From the NCBI GenBank assembly GCA_000002445.1, contig CP000069.1, positions 1,440,001-1,504,000 of the forward strand: DNA of 64,000 nt, given 5' to 3'. Under the pieces are notes generated by a model. It saw only the letters and a list, made by a program, of their open reading frames with translations, did no database searches and was not told where the DNA came from. Positions 22,547 through 35,187 of the stretch are shown here, piece after piece (within the stretch, counting starts at the first letter, position 1; each line of letters begins with the position of its first letter). Source of the DNA: Trypanosoma brucei (Eukaryota). The position numbers and the translations under genes are program-made.

Positions 22547-23960
22547 TTATGAAAAAAATCCAGGAAAAAGAGGAGCCTTGGTTACAACCGAATTGTTTCC
22601 GGTGGTTTTTGTGGCTGTCACACTTTCTTTTGCTCCATCTGCTTGTTTTGACTTGTAAGTTTTATCCACTACGCACTTTGCCTTCTCACCTGTTCCCTCC
22701 CACTTACAACCATCTTTGCAGTTATCTTCTTTCCCTTTCTTTTCGCAAGTTTCGGTTGTATCAGTGAATTTTGATGCCCCTTCCTCGCCTTTCTCACAGC
22801 CACCACTGCTAGTAGCTGCTTTTAAGGCTATGAGCAGCTGTCGGTTTGTTATGTGTTGTACTAGTAGGCTTTTTTCGATGTCAGCGGCTGCACTTTTGAC
22901 GTCTATATTTGTTAGCTTGGCTGATGTTTCCTCTACTTTTTGTGCTTTAGTTTGTGTTAGTTTTTCCCTCAGCTTGTTGACGATGGGCGTTTTGTTGTCG
23001 GCTGCTGCTTTGAAGGTGTCTGTTGCGCCGCTGTCGCCAGTAGTTATCTTTGTGCCACTGCGTGCTTGTATTGCTTCCTTGAGTACGTCTGCGCTGTTCG
23101 CAGGGTCAGGGGCGTAATTTATGACGTCACCTGTCGTCTGGCCGCATTTGGATTCTGGTATGTTGACTACTTTTCCGTATTTTACGTACAGTTTTTCGAT
23201 GTTTGTCTGCGGCGTTGTTTTTTCCCAGTTCGTCCCAAGGTTGTTAAGTGCTTTTTTGTTATTGCAGCGTTCCCGGCTGCCGTGTGTGCCGTAAGCGTTA
23301 GCATGCCGTAGAAAGCATCGTGCGCTGCAGTGGCCGAAGTTTGGAACAGCTTTGATGCGTCGTTGTTGCCTGCCGCCAGCAAGCTGCATTTGGTTTCCGA
23401 TGGCCCGTGCTGCGTGCCACCATCTCCGGCTGTTAATTTTAGTAGTCCTGTGGGCGACAGGTTCGGCGAGTCTGAGTGGTCCGACGGTGTGATGCCCGAC
23501 AGAGCCATGGGTGGGCAGCCGTAGCGAGCGGCCGCATTCCCTTGCGCGCCTGCCGAGCTTTCGGCGATGCATCGGCCATCTCCGCTGCCGCCGTCCGTTT
23601 TAATTAGGAGATCCACTAGCTCTCCGACCGCGCCCGATGCCCTGCCTGCATTGCTGCTCGCGAGGAGAGCCGCGCTAAGGCTTCCGTCAAGGTCGCTAAG
23701 CGCTTGACGTCGGCACTCTGACGCTTTAGTCGCTGCCGTCGCAAATACAGTGCTGAGGTTGACGTCTTCTGTTGCTGCCGCTGCTGAAGCCCCTGCTGTC
23801 AGAGCCTGCTGTTTCTACAGAGCAACGCCACCTACCTTGTCCAGTGCTGCAACAGCACCGCATACGTCTGTTATTGTCTCTGCTGCGAACGGTTTCGCTG
23901 AGCCTTCGCTGTTTGTTGATAAGTGCAAAATTGCTAGAACAATTGCTAACAAGTTTCGCC
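22547..23960 (-). pseudogene. VSG: VSG pseudogene (A-type; stop after signal region plus at least 2 frameshifts)
   Basis: Pieces: ATG near 23958 gives MYWRNLLAIVLAILHLSTNSEGSAKPFAAETITDVCGAVAALDKVGGVAL*; 23182-23616 (N-domain middle); 22547-23300 (C-domain ...CEKKGKEDNCKDGCKWEGTGEKAKC, tail TTGNNSVVTKAPLFPGFFS). Confidence 0.75.
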
Positions 23961-24295
23961 AGTACATGTTTGTCCTTACGCTTTTGTTTCTGCTTCCGAT
24001 CGAATAACAGCTGGTGTGGCCGTTTGGTATCTCACGCCCGTGCGGTCCACCTACGCTGGCGATGTTTTGATACCTGGTGGTATCACTATTGCCTCAATAA
24101 TAGGGTTTAGAGACCGGTTTCTGTTTGTTTTGTGTGACTAGAACTGTGTAAAGGTGCTCTTAGCGTTTTCTGTAAAAAGCAGATGGGCGGTTACCTTTGT
24201 TCGATTATACTGTGGTGCTAAGCCGCTTGTTGTTTTACCACCGCCTGAATACTGCTAGACGTCTAAGGCGCAGGGTTTGAGTTATTCCTCATAGG

Positions 24296-25949
24296 TTCTC
24301 AAAATGCTACCCAAATCACAAAAGCAGAATCCGTACTCAGAACTAACTTCTTATTGATGAGAAAATTACCATTTTGATATTTAACTTTGTCTTTCCCCTC
24401 TTAGCTATCTTTGCCCTTTCTCCATGCAAATTTTGTTTATCGCCTGTTTTGTCATTTTCACAAGCCTCCTTATTGGCTCCATTCCTTGCACATCCAGTTG
24501 CTCCTTCTCCTCCTGAAGCCCCATATTCTGTTCCTGCTTCATTTTTCTGAGTTGTAACATTACTTTCATCTACTTTAAAGGTGCCAGGTTTTTCATCAGT
24601 ACCTTCTCATTTGCACTTTTCTGCGTTTTCGCATGCGGTTTTATTGTTTTTGTGCTGTTCGCATTCTTTTTTTCTGCGTTAGAAATTTCCACGTGTTTTC
24701 TTCGTGCTTCTAGAGTGGCATGACGACAGCTGTAAAGAGCTTCTGTGTACAGCGCTCCCATTACACCGGCAAGAGATATGAGCCGAGACTGTTGTTGTTG
24801 TTTCTTTGCTGCTAACGCTCGTCTGTTGATCAGAAAGCTGCGTACCGATAACAGCTTCTCCACCCATTTAATCGCTTCCAGTGGGTTGGACCTGCTTCCA
24901 GCTCCGGCTAATACCGCGGCGTAACTAATGCACACATCCGCCGTGCTATGGTCACCACTACACTGCTAGCTGCTGTCTTTTCCTTTGCCGTAGCGGTATG
25001 TGAAGCCGTCGTTGGCGCTGCCTTTGTATCGGCAAAGTGTTGACCTGAAACTTTGCAGCAGGTTGTCTATGTTGGCTACTTACAGTGCCTGTTTGTTGCC
25101 TTTGAGAGCACACAGCCCTAGGATCTCTGTCAGCGCTGTTCCTGCAGTGCTTTTTCCGCTGTATTCAAGTGCTAGAGCTGTGAAAGTGTTGTCTGTTGAG
25201 TCACATATTTTTGGCCCTGTGCCTGCTGCCTGGCTGGACGCAGCTACGCTGCACAAGCACATCATATCTGACCCTAGTGTGGCGCCGGCTGCGCTTGCTG
25301 ATGATCCGCACGCCGTGGCGTAGTTTGCTTGAAATGTGTAAGTTCCGTGTGTATCTGTGTGCGCTCTTGTCACGGCAGTGTCAGCGCCGTATAGCGCTTC
25401 ATGGGCTTCCTTTGTGATTGTGGTTTGCTGGGCTGTTATTGTTTGCTGTGCCGTTGCGGTCGCGGCATGAAGATTTGTGGCAATGGTGTAAAGCCTGTCA
25501 AGCTTGTGTGCTGTTTCTTCTGGGAAATCTGTGCGATGTTTGCACGTATACTTGTCAACGTGCTGGCCCCTGGGGCCAGCCACTTTGAGGTTTGTGAGCT
25601 CTTTGCGCGTTGTTCTTGCCAAGTTTGGGTCGTATTCCATGATTTTACCTTTGCCGGTGGGTTGGTCTTTTTCACCTACGACAGGACCCTCGTCGTAAAA
25701 TGTTTCATTGCTTGTCGCGATGTAAATCGCGTGGATTTCCTTCCATGCCGTCAAATAGTCCTGTTCGAGGTCGGTTGCTGTTGCATCCTCTAACTTGGCA
25801 CCTTTTAGCATGTTGGCTATCGCGAAGAATATGTTAAGTTCGACTGCATTCTCGTCGTTGTTTGTTGGCATCGCGAGCTGCGATACCTCTATCGCTAGGC
25901 AAAAATACCTAATGGAGATCATTCCGGTTACACCTTGCAGCAATCCCAA
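24296..25949 (-). pseudogene. VSG: VSG pseudogene (B-type N-domain; multiple frameshifts)
   Basis: 25080-25949 B-type N-domain (DMMCLCSVAASSQAAGTGPKICD), track start is TTG. C-domain and GPI tail (NFLINKKLVLSTDSAFVIWVAF*) are recoverable only in shifted frames at 24296-24600. Confidence 0.7.
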
Positions 25950-26030
25950 AAATGGAAAACAATTATGATGAGAGGCTTTATAAAAAGACTTCCAGGAATG
26001 CAGAATGAGTTATGCCATGTTTCAAATAGC

Positions 26031-27110
26031 TTAGCAGTTGAAGAGAGCCCAATGATCATTCAGAAAAGTCAAACCGTTAACAACTACAGCGTGGCTAGTC
26101 ACCCCCTTGGTTTCCATCAGAGTTGCATAATCCTCCTCACGTAAATGATGAACTACTATTATCTGTTCTGTCGTTCGCTCGCCTGCTGTGTCTTTTGCAT
26201 GCATTATATACCGACAATCCTGCATATCCACTGTCAGTAATCCTTCAAATTTCAAGTTGTTCCTTATGACTTCCCCAACCATAATATCTTCATTAAGTGC
26301 TCTAAAATCCATATATGTTTCGAAATTTCTAAATTTGATTGGCGATTTCACTAACTTTTTCAAAGGGTCATAATCAACAATTGCTCTAACTACATCCCTT
26401 GATGAAGTGGACGCATAACCAATAGTATGCCATGTAATTTCGTCACTAAAATCTTTATAATATCCAATCGCCCTCCCCATATTCAGTTTCTCTTGTGGAA
26501 GCACTTCTAGATATTGCAGATACAATGGTACTCTCATAAAAATATGTCATCATCTGCTATTATTATATAGGGACTATTTTTTAGAAAATACTTTAACGGC
26601 AAATTTGAACCACAAATATGTTTTTTTAATCATCGTGAGTTCTGTTTCCCAACCCCAATTACCCGCGTCTCCCACCTTTTTATTTGTTGTGGGGTTGACA
26701 TCGCAAACGGGTAAAATAATAATATCCTGGTTTAACTCTGCCTCTTCTTCAACAATACCCTCTCTGAGCACGCAGTTGTTATTTGTCTGAGGTGAAAGTG
26801 CATATACTATAAGCAACTTGCCAGTAAAATTATTTGACCTCCTTGCGACTTCAGGATAACTCCAACAAGTTTCTCTCTGTAAATTCCTCCTTCTCAATCT
26901 TTCATCGTTATCTATTGAAGGAATTCCAGCCACAACCAAATAATTTTCAGTTTTCCAAATCTTCCTTACATCCAGTGGAACAAATCTCATATATTAATCT
27001 TCAATGATTTCAAGTGGAATAGACTCACCCCCACAGAAAAGCTGTATAGCGAAACAAGTATATTAATCCCCATAACAATAAAAGATAAACAACCTATTAT
27101 TGCATAAATT
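26031..27110 (-). pseudogene. UDP-Gal/UDP-GlcNAc-dependent glycosyltransferase (beta-1,3-GalT/GT31-like) pseudogene, at least 2 frameshifts
   Basis: Type-II membrane anchor MKYIERIYAIIGCLSFIVMGINILVSLYSF (ATG ~27108) runs into a TGA. The catalytic domain restarts +1 at 26990: VVAGIPS...RRRNLQRETCW...LLIVYALS...EEAELNQDIIILPVCDV (DxD-type). The C-part 26031-26537 (...EDIMVGEVI...) is in another frame. The family is inferred from motif pattern, not from a search. Confidence 0.65.
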
Positions 27111-27280
27111 CTTTCTATATACTTCATAGGACTTTATTGTCATACTAAGACGAGCTTATTATGAGTTAGAAAATCACATAAAACATTAAGGAAAGAAGCC
27201 AGTGGGAGCAACTAAGATGTGTAGTAAGGTAAAAAGCGTTTACAAATATAAGTAATGACTTTTTATTGATATGATTTAAC
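26255..27280. repeat. Segmental duplication copy 1 (~1 kb, ~99% identical to 33440-34460)
   Basis: Identical 138-aa ORFs (26574-26990 vs 33757-34173). Only a handful of substitutions were seen by eye, clustered near the right end (catactaagacgagc vs catgctaagaagagc). Flanks are unrelated. Confidence 0.85.
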
Positions 27281-27969
27281 TGTTTAAGGGTGTACACTAA
27301 GTAATGACAGTTTACATTCCACCATGTATAAATTTTTTTCTAGAAGCTAACTTCAGATAGTCACGGCACTGTCTTTGAATATAGAGTGCCTCTTTATACA
27401 TTTACACGGTAATTTCAGTAGATAGTTTCACTGTTTCATTCAAATATAGAAAGAAATTTAATAGTTTCTATGTTGCCTGTATCGGACACCTGGAACCTCC
27501 ATCATACTCGCATTATCGGGGTTTTTTAAACAGCTTCTACAACTTCTTTCACTATCATTTTTGTGCTACTATCTATTCCACTTGAATAAAATGTGTGGAT
27601 CGACAATCGATTAAACTATTCCACACTGTGGTTTAGTCTATCGCGTTGTTACACTCTGTATTTTTCTTCTCCATCTCCTCTGCTTTGTATGTGCAAAAAT
27701 GCAGCTTAAGCCTGACGTGTATACTGAATGCATCCACTTATATCAGCTCGTTGTGTTTTATGCTGACCATCGTGGCGTTTATGTTCTGAAATTCTTACAT
27801 TCTATTTTTATCCCTCTTTCTCTTTTTCTTTACCTTCACTTTCCTCAATAATAGTCCTTGTTTTCTCTCTCTTTGCACTCGTCATTCCTGTCACTCACTT
27901 ACTTCCACTGCACTTTTTCTAGTGATTAGAGCGGCTATGCTTCTTGTTGGCTGTCGGTGCTCAAACTTG

Positions 27970-28155
27970 TACTACTACTACTATTTTATTATTATTACTA
28001 CTCTTATTATAATATTCGTATATATACACACTCACAACACTCTCCTATCATTATCATTATTATTATTATAATTATTACTGCTCTTATTATAATATTCGTA
28101 TATACACACACTCACAACACTCTCCTATCATTATCATTATTATTATTATAACGCT
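27970..28155 (-). repeat. 70-bp repeats, 2-3 tandem copies
   Basis: Two near-identical units ...ctcttattataatattcgtatatatacacactcacaacactctcctatcattatcattattattattataat..., preceded by (tac)/(tta) runs. Confidence 0.85.
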
Positions 28156-28372
28156 AATCATATCCATTAGATACACAAAATTAAAATATCACCCATTTTT
28201 CATTTCTTACCACTCCATTATTTTTCGCACATATGCCACTATCACATATTTTTCATGTTCCATAATTTTTAGTAATTGGCACATTTTTTATTAAATGTTT
28301 CAAAATATATCAGGTTATAAGATATAGAAAATTTTATAGATTTAACAAAAAGGGCTCGATTTACAATTTTTC

Positions 28373-29631
28373 TTACTCTAATTTACTTTTGTCAGTATGT
28401 TGGCCACAGTTTACAGTTGTTGTTCTTTCTACTATCACTTTAACTTTGCACTCCCCATCTTTGAATTCACACCCATCTTTTTTGTTGCACTCAGTTTCGT
28501 CTTTTTCTGCGTTGCAATCTTCTGCTGTTTTGGGATCTACTGCTGTTGGGATCGGTGCTGGTTTGGCTGCTTCTTCTCTGGCTGACCTCTGCTGCTCCAA
28601 ATGGCTTATGATTTGTTGTGCTTCAGTGTCTGTTGTCACTTGGCCGATTGTTTTTGTCCCCATTGTTGTTCCTGTTTTGATCTGGACGCTTTTCTTATCG
28701 ATTATATTTTCGAATAGGTTTTTGAAGGCTGCTTGATCGGAGCCGTAGGTAGTTTCCACGTATTTTGTTAGTGCGGCATTCTGGCTAGTGTCTGTTGGGT
28801 TTTCTATGTTTTTAAATGTCGCGTCACATGCTGCGACTGCTTGAAGCAGTGCCGCGTTTGCTTTGAGACCTGGGCCGCTGTAGGTGGGCACGTGTGCCGG
28901 CTGCGCTGACTGCAGAGCTTCGCAGAGCACTCTGCCCATATATGCGTCGGGGTCGCCTGAGTGTTGCTGCCTCCATTACAGCTGCCGCTGGCTGTTGCCG
29001 TGAACGCCGTCTCCCCAGCCAGTTTATCGAGCTTTGTTTCATCGACTATTTTCATGGTTACTAGCTTGCGTATTTGGATGTCGCTGTTCTTGATTTTTGT
29101 CGTTGTTGCTGGTTCGAGTGTTGCGCAGCCGCCGGCCAGCTTTGAGTCGGTTTCGAGGAGAATTTTCACGGCTTCTGCGCCTGACGGTTTTCGCGTGTGT
29201 AGAGATCCCGTTTTTACTTTTGTTTGAGTGTTGTGCAGTTGCTTTGCTCTGGCAACTCTGGTTAAGTGCTTGCTAAGTAGCTCCGCTGCAGCTTTGGCTT
29301 TTGCCTGTGTCTGTCTGCGGAGCTGCTCGTTTGTCTGCAGTGCCGCTGCGACAGCGGCTTTTAGACCGTGTAGCACACAGCGAGTTTTGCTGTCCGGTGC
29401 TGCTGCCGCTGCTAATGCGAATCGTCTCATGTCTTTTGTGAGATGCGTGATGGCCGATTCGTAGGGCGCGCTAATTGTGCTGACATGCTCCTTAAGTTTA
29501 GTGATGTAAAGCTCTTTGTCACAAGCGTCAGCGATTGCAGTTGCCGCTGCATCCGGTGTTGCTTGGCCAGACAGCTCCGTTAGGTAAAAAGATATCATGG
29601 CCACGAGGACATATCCCTTATTTCTCAACAT
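28373..29631 (-). pseudogene. VSG: VSG pseudogene (frameshift ~28800-28940; C-terminus truncated, no GPI signal)
   Basis: 28804-29631 has a true ATG, signal MLRNKGYVLVAMISFYLTELSG and an N-domain. 28373-28939 is a C-domain ending ...CEFKDGECKVKVIVERTTTVNCGQHTDKSKLE* with no hydrophobic tail. A 16-mer-like element follows within ~60 nt. Confidence 0.75.
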
Positions 29632-31179
29632 CTTTGCTCACTACGTGCCGTTATATCTAAGGTGGAAAATTGTAGTTTCTTTAGTTTACATCTGCTGGTA
29701 TTTTTGTTTTCGTCAAAGTAATCTCCATTTTTGAGGGCTGTCTTCGGCACAAATTTCATTTTTAAGTATCAATGGGCCGTCTTTCCTATCAATTCCTGCA
29801 TGTTAAAGATATGTTGTAGACGAGATTCCTTTTTTTGGGAGTATGTCGTCTCTTAGAAAATTTCAGAAGATTTTTACGGTAGAGGTTCTGCAAGCCTATA
29901 GTTTTTAGTTTTCTTGTGAATTAATTCCATAAATAGCCCAAAAATAACGTCCACCTCTGTTTGACCTGGACACCCTATTTTATTTATACTAAATACTCTT
30001 AGATTCCCGAGCATCCGGTTTGCACAGCACCATGCAAATATTTTTTCAAGCCACCGTCGTTTTTCGCACTAGTTTCAAGCTAATTTAGTTGTTGTCTTAA
30101 TTCATTACTGATTATAGTACAGTTGTTTTGCATTTATGTGCACTGCTGTGCGCTTTATCGCTTGTAGCTCGTGAGCTATTGCAGAAGGTAATGTCGCAGT
30201 TAGTTGGGCTTTACATAATATTCGTGCTTTTAAGTTATTCCTTGTTGTTTATAGTCTAGGGGATGATTCTACAGTTAGTGCTAAACTCTTTTTTATATTA
30301 TGCATCCTTTTAGCATAGAATCAATTGGTGACAGGTGACAGCCTGCTTTGTAATACAATCTCCAAGTTTCCTTCATTTATAAAATTCCAAGCTGTCTTTG
30401 TCATTATCTATCACATTCCCATATGCAGTCAAGAATTCTAATCTCTTCTCACAAAATCGCTAAAAACTCTCTATACCTATACTTACAACCTATATTTATG
30501 TTGTTGGGTTCTACTTTATCTACAAAATTGTCTATGCTTTTTTGCTGGTGGAACAACAAATTAATGGTGTTGTCTATCCACGATCCGCTGATGCGGCTAG
30601 TTTTTTCTGCCCGTCCTGTTATATTTTTTTGGTTTTCCACTTAAGGTTTGGCAATTTTCGCCAAATAAAGTTCTTCTCCGCTGTCTTTCTTTTATAAATA
30701 CTTACTATTAGATGTATAGAAGCCACATCTCTTATATAAATTACTCTGTCCTTGAAGTACTTCAGCGGCTGGCCAGTATACCAAGAAAGAATTGGCAAAG
30801 TGTTGCTGCTAATACTCTCCACTTCATATAGAGTCCTTGTAAAGGTTAATGTTCGCGTTTTCTTATTATCTTCTAGTCTCTCTTTCCTTGCACTTTCTTC
30901 AGAAGCAGCTCCTTATCCTGCCGTTATATGAAACGTAGCAGCCACATTCGCTGTGGCTGCCGGGTGCTAGCTGTTGCTGACCAGGGTTGCCATATTAATG
31001 GGGGTGACACTCACTTGTGCATATCGATTTCTAAAGGTGAGTATAGTCCGCATACTTCTTTGCATCTCGTTAATAATAATATTCTTAGTGGCTGCCGATC
31101 ATCTTTCTCACTACTTGGCCTCATTTTATCATACCATTGTTTAAGTATTTTGGATTTGAATTTATCATAAATTTTCTTA

Positions 31180-31262
31180 TTATAATAGTAGTATACGCAA
31201 AATCACAACACCTTTCTGTCATTATCACTATCATCGTCATTTTTACGGCTATTACCGTAAAT
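31180..31262 (-). repeat. Degenerate 70-bp-repeat remnant
   Basis: tataatagtagtatacgcaaaatcacaacacctttctgtcattatcactatcatcgtcat, then conserved block gcactaatttttcatgccctatcacc. Confidence 0.4.
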
Positions 31263-31436
31263 CACTCTTAAAATGTACAATATAGACAAAAAAGTTAATT
31301 TGAATAGCACTAATTTTTCATGCCCTATCACCATAATACTGTGCACTCATAGATCACATTCGTGCATATGTTACTACATTTTTCATACCTCCAAAATTTT
31401 ACTAATTTGCATATTTTAACTAGAAAGTGTTAAAAT

Positions 31437-31452
31437 ATACCAAATATATGAA
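31437..31452 (-). promoter_or_regulatory. VSG 3'UTR 16-mer (1 mismatch)
   Basis: gtgttaaaatatacca, ~75 nt downstream of the VSG stop at 31524. Confidence 0.65.
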
Positions 31453-31523
31453 TTATGGACAATTCTCTGAAAGTAGCATATTTTCATAAATTTCATAAAA
31501 ATAAGAAAAAAATCTACTAATTC

Positions 31524-33094
31524 TTAAAATTTTACTAAACTAACAAAAGCAGCAGCCATCTTAGCCAATTTCTTATCTACGAGAAAACTGGAATCTTTGC
31601 AAGCATTATTTTCCCATTTGCAGTTTCCAGTGCAATCTTTCTGTTGTTTGTCCTTGCAATCTGAAGAAGTTTGGGTCCCTGCTTGGGTTGCTTGTTGTTC
31701 TACTGCTGTTGTATTCAATTCACAGTGGTTTCCTGTTTGTTCAGTTTCTTTAGTCCATTTGCATTTTGTGTTTTTTGTGCAATCTGTTTTTTCTCTAAGT
31801 TCTTGCACTCTTTTTCGGCTTCTTCTTGTTGTTTTTTTGAGTCACCTGATGGTGCTTGAGCCGGGTGTGCTGGCTTTGGTGTTGGTTGTTTCAGGGCTTC
31901 CATCGCGTTTAGGCTTAGCAGTGTTGTTAGCGTCTGGTTGAGCGCGTGTATTTGGGCTTCAGCGGCTTGTATATTTGCAGTGTCGCCGGCGGCGGCTTCT
32001 AACTTTGACGCTGCTTCATCTATTAGTGCTAGCCAGCTGGGCTCTTCTATTGCTGTTCCGCTTGTCGCGAATGACGCACATGCCCCTGCGTTGCTGCTCT
32101 CTGTTCCGTCGCAGCTGCCGCTACCGTCGCCTGTCCTCGTTCCGAGAAAGCCCCAGTGTGTTCCGGCGCTGCCCTTGGTTGCATAGAGGTCTGCTTTGAT
32201 ACCTTGTAGCAAATGCCGTAGGCGTTGCGGGGTCAGCGCTTTGCCAGGCGGGTTTGCTGTTTTGCAGTGGGCCTTCATTGTTGTCTAGTCTGTTATGGCG
32301 GTGTTACTGTTCCAGTCTCTCTGCTGTGTTGTTTGGGTGTGGTAACACGCCTTGTTGTTTGAGCCGTCGTTGGCGCAGAGGCACGCTATGGTCGCTGCGA
32401 TTGTCAGTTTCGCCGACGTTCCCGGGGTTGACTGAGCGTTGCCGCAGTGCTCCGTCCGGGAGCTGCCCGCCCCTTTGAGTGCCGCTGCGCTGGTCACTGC
32501 CCCGTCGCCGTAAACCGCTTGTTTCAGCAGCTGCTTTGCGGTTTGCCTGCCATCGGCTGCCTTTTCCTCGCTGGTGCGCTTGCTAGCCTGCACGACGGCG
32601 AGGGCTGTCATATTGATTAAGTTCTTGAAACCCCGGTCATCGGTGGCCGCTTTTGTTACTGCTGACTTCTGGTCTGCTGTAAGCGCTTTGTAGTAAAGTG
32701 CCGCCGCTTTGCAGGTTTGCAGTTTTGTGCCTTTGCAAGACTCCGGTGCTTTGTCGTCTGTCAAGGCGTTTATCTCCTCTGTTGTTTTTGTTTCGCCGAT
32801 GGTTTGCAGTGCCGCTGTGTTGTTAAGGTACAACGCCAGGTTTTCTGCGCCTGTTACCGCCTTTTGTGCAGCGGCCGCTAGTGTCACGGGTTGGCTATCT
32901 TCTTCCTCTGCCGCCAGCACCACACCGCACAGTAAACCAAATATCTTTTTGTTTTCTCCTTTGGCTGGCTCCGCTGCTTTGCAGTCCATTTTCAGCAGTG
33001 ATATTGCCAGTGTTACCGCTACTATCAGCATTGATTGGTTTAATCGCTGGCCTAGACTTAGCTTCAGTGTCGACTTCGGCTGCTGTCCTTGCAT
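31524..33094 (-). pseudogene. VSG: VSG pseudogene (B-type; one in-frame stop ~32279-32284 and one frameshift ~31715-31808)
   Basis: 32285-33094 (ATG at 33092-33094, signal MLIVAVTLAISLL; CLCANDGSNNKAC); 31715-32278; 31524-31808 (C-domain + GPI tail DSSFLVDKKLAKMAAAFVSLVKF). Confidence 0.8.
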
Positions 33095-33439
33095 TCAGTC
33101 CCTGGTGTCTGTTGCTTCTAGTGTTATCCTGATGCGCTACTGGCGAGCAGAAAATGTGGAGGTCGGGCAGTAACTTAGATGGACTTAATGTGCAAAAACA
33201 AACTCTCAAATGTCAAATTCACTCTACATCATTGGGCTTTTATACAGAGTTGATGTAGAATATTTAAGGAAGCTTTTGTGAAAAATAGTCTGTTGCCAGG
33301 TATATTCATACCCTGTTTTATAATAAAAGACTGTGCGTTAGTTAGATGTTGATACATATTTGATTAGTGATTCTTGTATATTCATCGAATATAGACAAAC
33401 CCGCATTTCCACAGCTAATAAACCCCTTAATTTCAATTT

Positions 33440-34460
33440 AATCCTTATAACTTCTCCGACCATAATATCTTCATTAAGTGCTCTAAAATCCATATATATT
33501 TTGCGAAATTTCTGAATTTGATTGGCGATTTCACTAACTTTTTCAAAGGGTCATAATCAACAATTGCTCTAACTACATCCCTTGATGAAGTGGACGCATA
33601 ACCAATAGTATGCCATGTAATTTCGTCACTAAAATCTTTATAATATCCAATCGCCCTCCCCATATTCAGTTTCTCTTGTGGAAGCACTTCTAGATATTGC
33701 AGATACAATGGTACTCTCATAAAAATATGTCATCATCTGCTATTATTATATAGGGACTATTTTTTAGAAAATACTTTAACGGCAAATTTGAACCACAAAT
33801 ATGTTTTTTTAATCATCGTGAGTTCTGTTTCCCAACCCCAATTACCCGCGTCTCCCACCTTTTTATTTGTTGTGGGGTTGACATCGCAAACGGGTAAAAT
33901 AATAATATCCTGGTTTAACTCTGCCTCTTCTTCAACAATACCCTCTCTGAGCACGCAGTTGTTATTTGTCTGAGGTGAAAGTGCATATACTATAAGCAAC
34001 TTGCCAGTAAAATTATTTGACCTCCTTGCGACTTCAGGATAACTCCAACAAGTTTCTCTCTGTAAATTCCTCCTTCTCAATCTTTCATCGTTATCTATTG
34101 AAGGAATTCCAGCCACAACCAAATAATTTTCAGTTTTCCAAATCTTCCTTACATCCAGTGGAACAAATCTCATATATTAATCTTCAATGATTTCAAGTGG
34201 AATAGACTCACCCCCACAGAAAAGCTGTATAGCGAAACAAGTATATTAATCCCCATAACAATAAAAGATAAACAACCTATTATTGCATAAATTCTTTCTA
34301 TATACTTCATAGGACTTTATTGTCATGCTAAGAAGAGCTTATTATGAGTTAGAAAATCACATGAAACATGAAGGAAAGAAGCCAGTGGGAGCAACTAAGA
34401 TGTGTAGTAAGGTAAAAAGCGTTTACAAATATAAGTAATGACTTTTTATTGATATGATGC
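33440..34460. repeat. Segmental duplication copy 2
   Basis: See copy 1. Right boundary ~34459 (gatatgat|gcaactg vs gatatgat|ttaactg). Confidence 0.85.
33445..34290 (-). pseudogene. Truncated second copy of the glycosyltransferase pseudogene (5' ~840 bp only)
   Basis: 33757-34173 encodes the identical 138-aa catalytic-domain N-part. The anchor segment is identical upstream. 33445-33720 matches copy 1 only as far as ...SPIKFRNF, then diverges at the duplication boundary. Confidence 0.7.
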
Positions 34461-34844
34461 AACTGTTAAATGGTTCATGCGCAGTGTGTGTAGGTTATCT
34501 TTCAGCATGTATATGTTGCATTTATTTTATAAATTACCTTCACCCGTCCTTAGTGCCACACACTGCGTGCATTCCGCTATTCCTTTCATTATCCACATTA
34601 TACAAAATTTAACACTATGCATTGCTATGTAACTTGGAGTAAATAGTTGACTACAATGTTTCCACATACTAATAATTTAATCACCTTCCTCTGATATATA
34701 TACCGCAAATCCAGTTTCGCCGCCAGACCCCTATCAGAGTTGCTTTATGAATCACGTATTTTCATTGCGCACTTACCATTGTTTTAAGTATTTTTATTTT
34801 CGTTTTTCAGTTACTTTTCTCCCTTGCCCTTCATTTGATATTAC

Positions 34845-34905
34845 TACATGCCCACTCACAACACTATTCTATCATTATGCTTACTGCTATAAACCTCGCC
34901 AATAT
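34845..34905 (-). repeat. Degenerate 70-bp-repeat remnant
   Basis: catgcccactcacaacactattctatcattatgcttactgctataaacc, then the conserved block (...atatcactcatttttcataccccatcactctattac). Confidence 0.45.
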
Positions 34906-35187
34906 GCATCAAAAAGTGAAAATAAGAAAATTAATATATTTTCATAATATCACTCATTTTTCATACCCCATCACTCTATTACTTTACTCATTAGCCAGTT
35001 TCATAAACATTTTTTAAAATGCAATTCTTTTATATTCTCAAAAAATTTTCAACAATTTGCCAAACTTTGACAAAAAGTGTTAAAATTTATCATATTTCTA
35101 AAAAAATTAGCAAATTTTCTCAAAGTAGAAAATTTCATATATTTATAAAATTGGGCAAAAATCCTTTAGAAATAACTCTTAAAAGTT

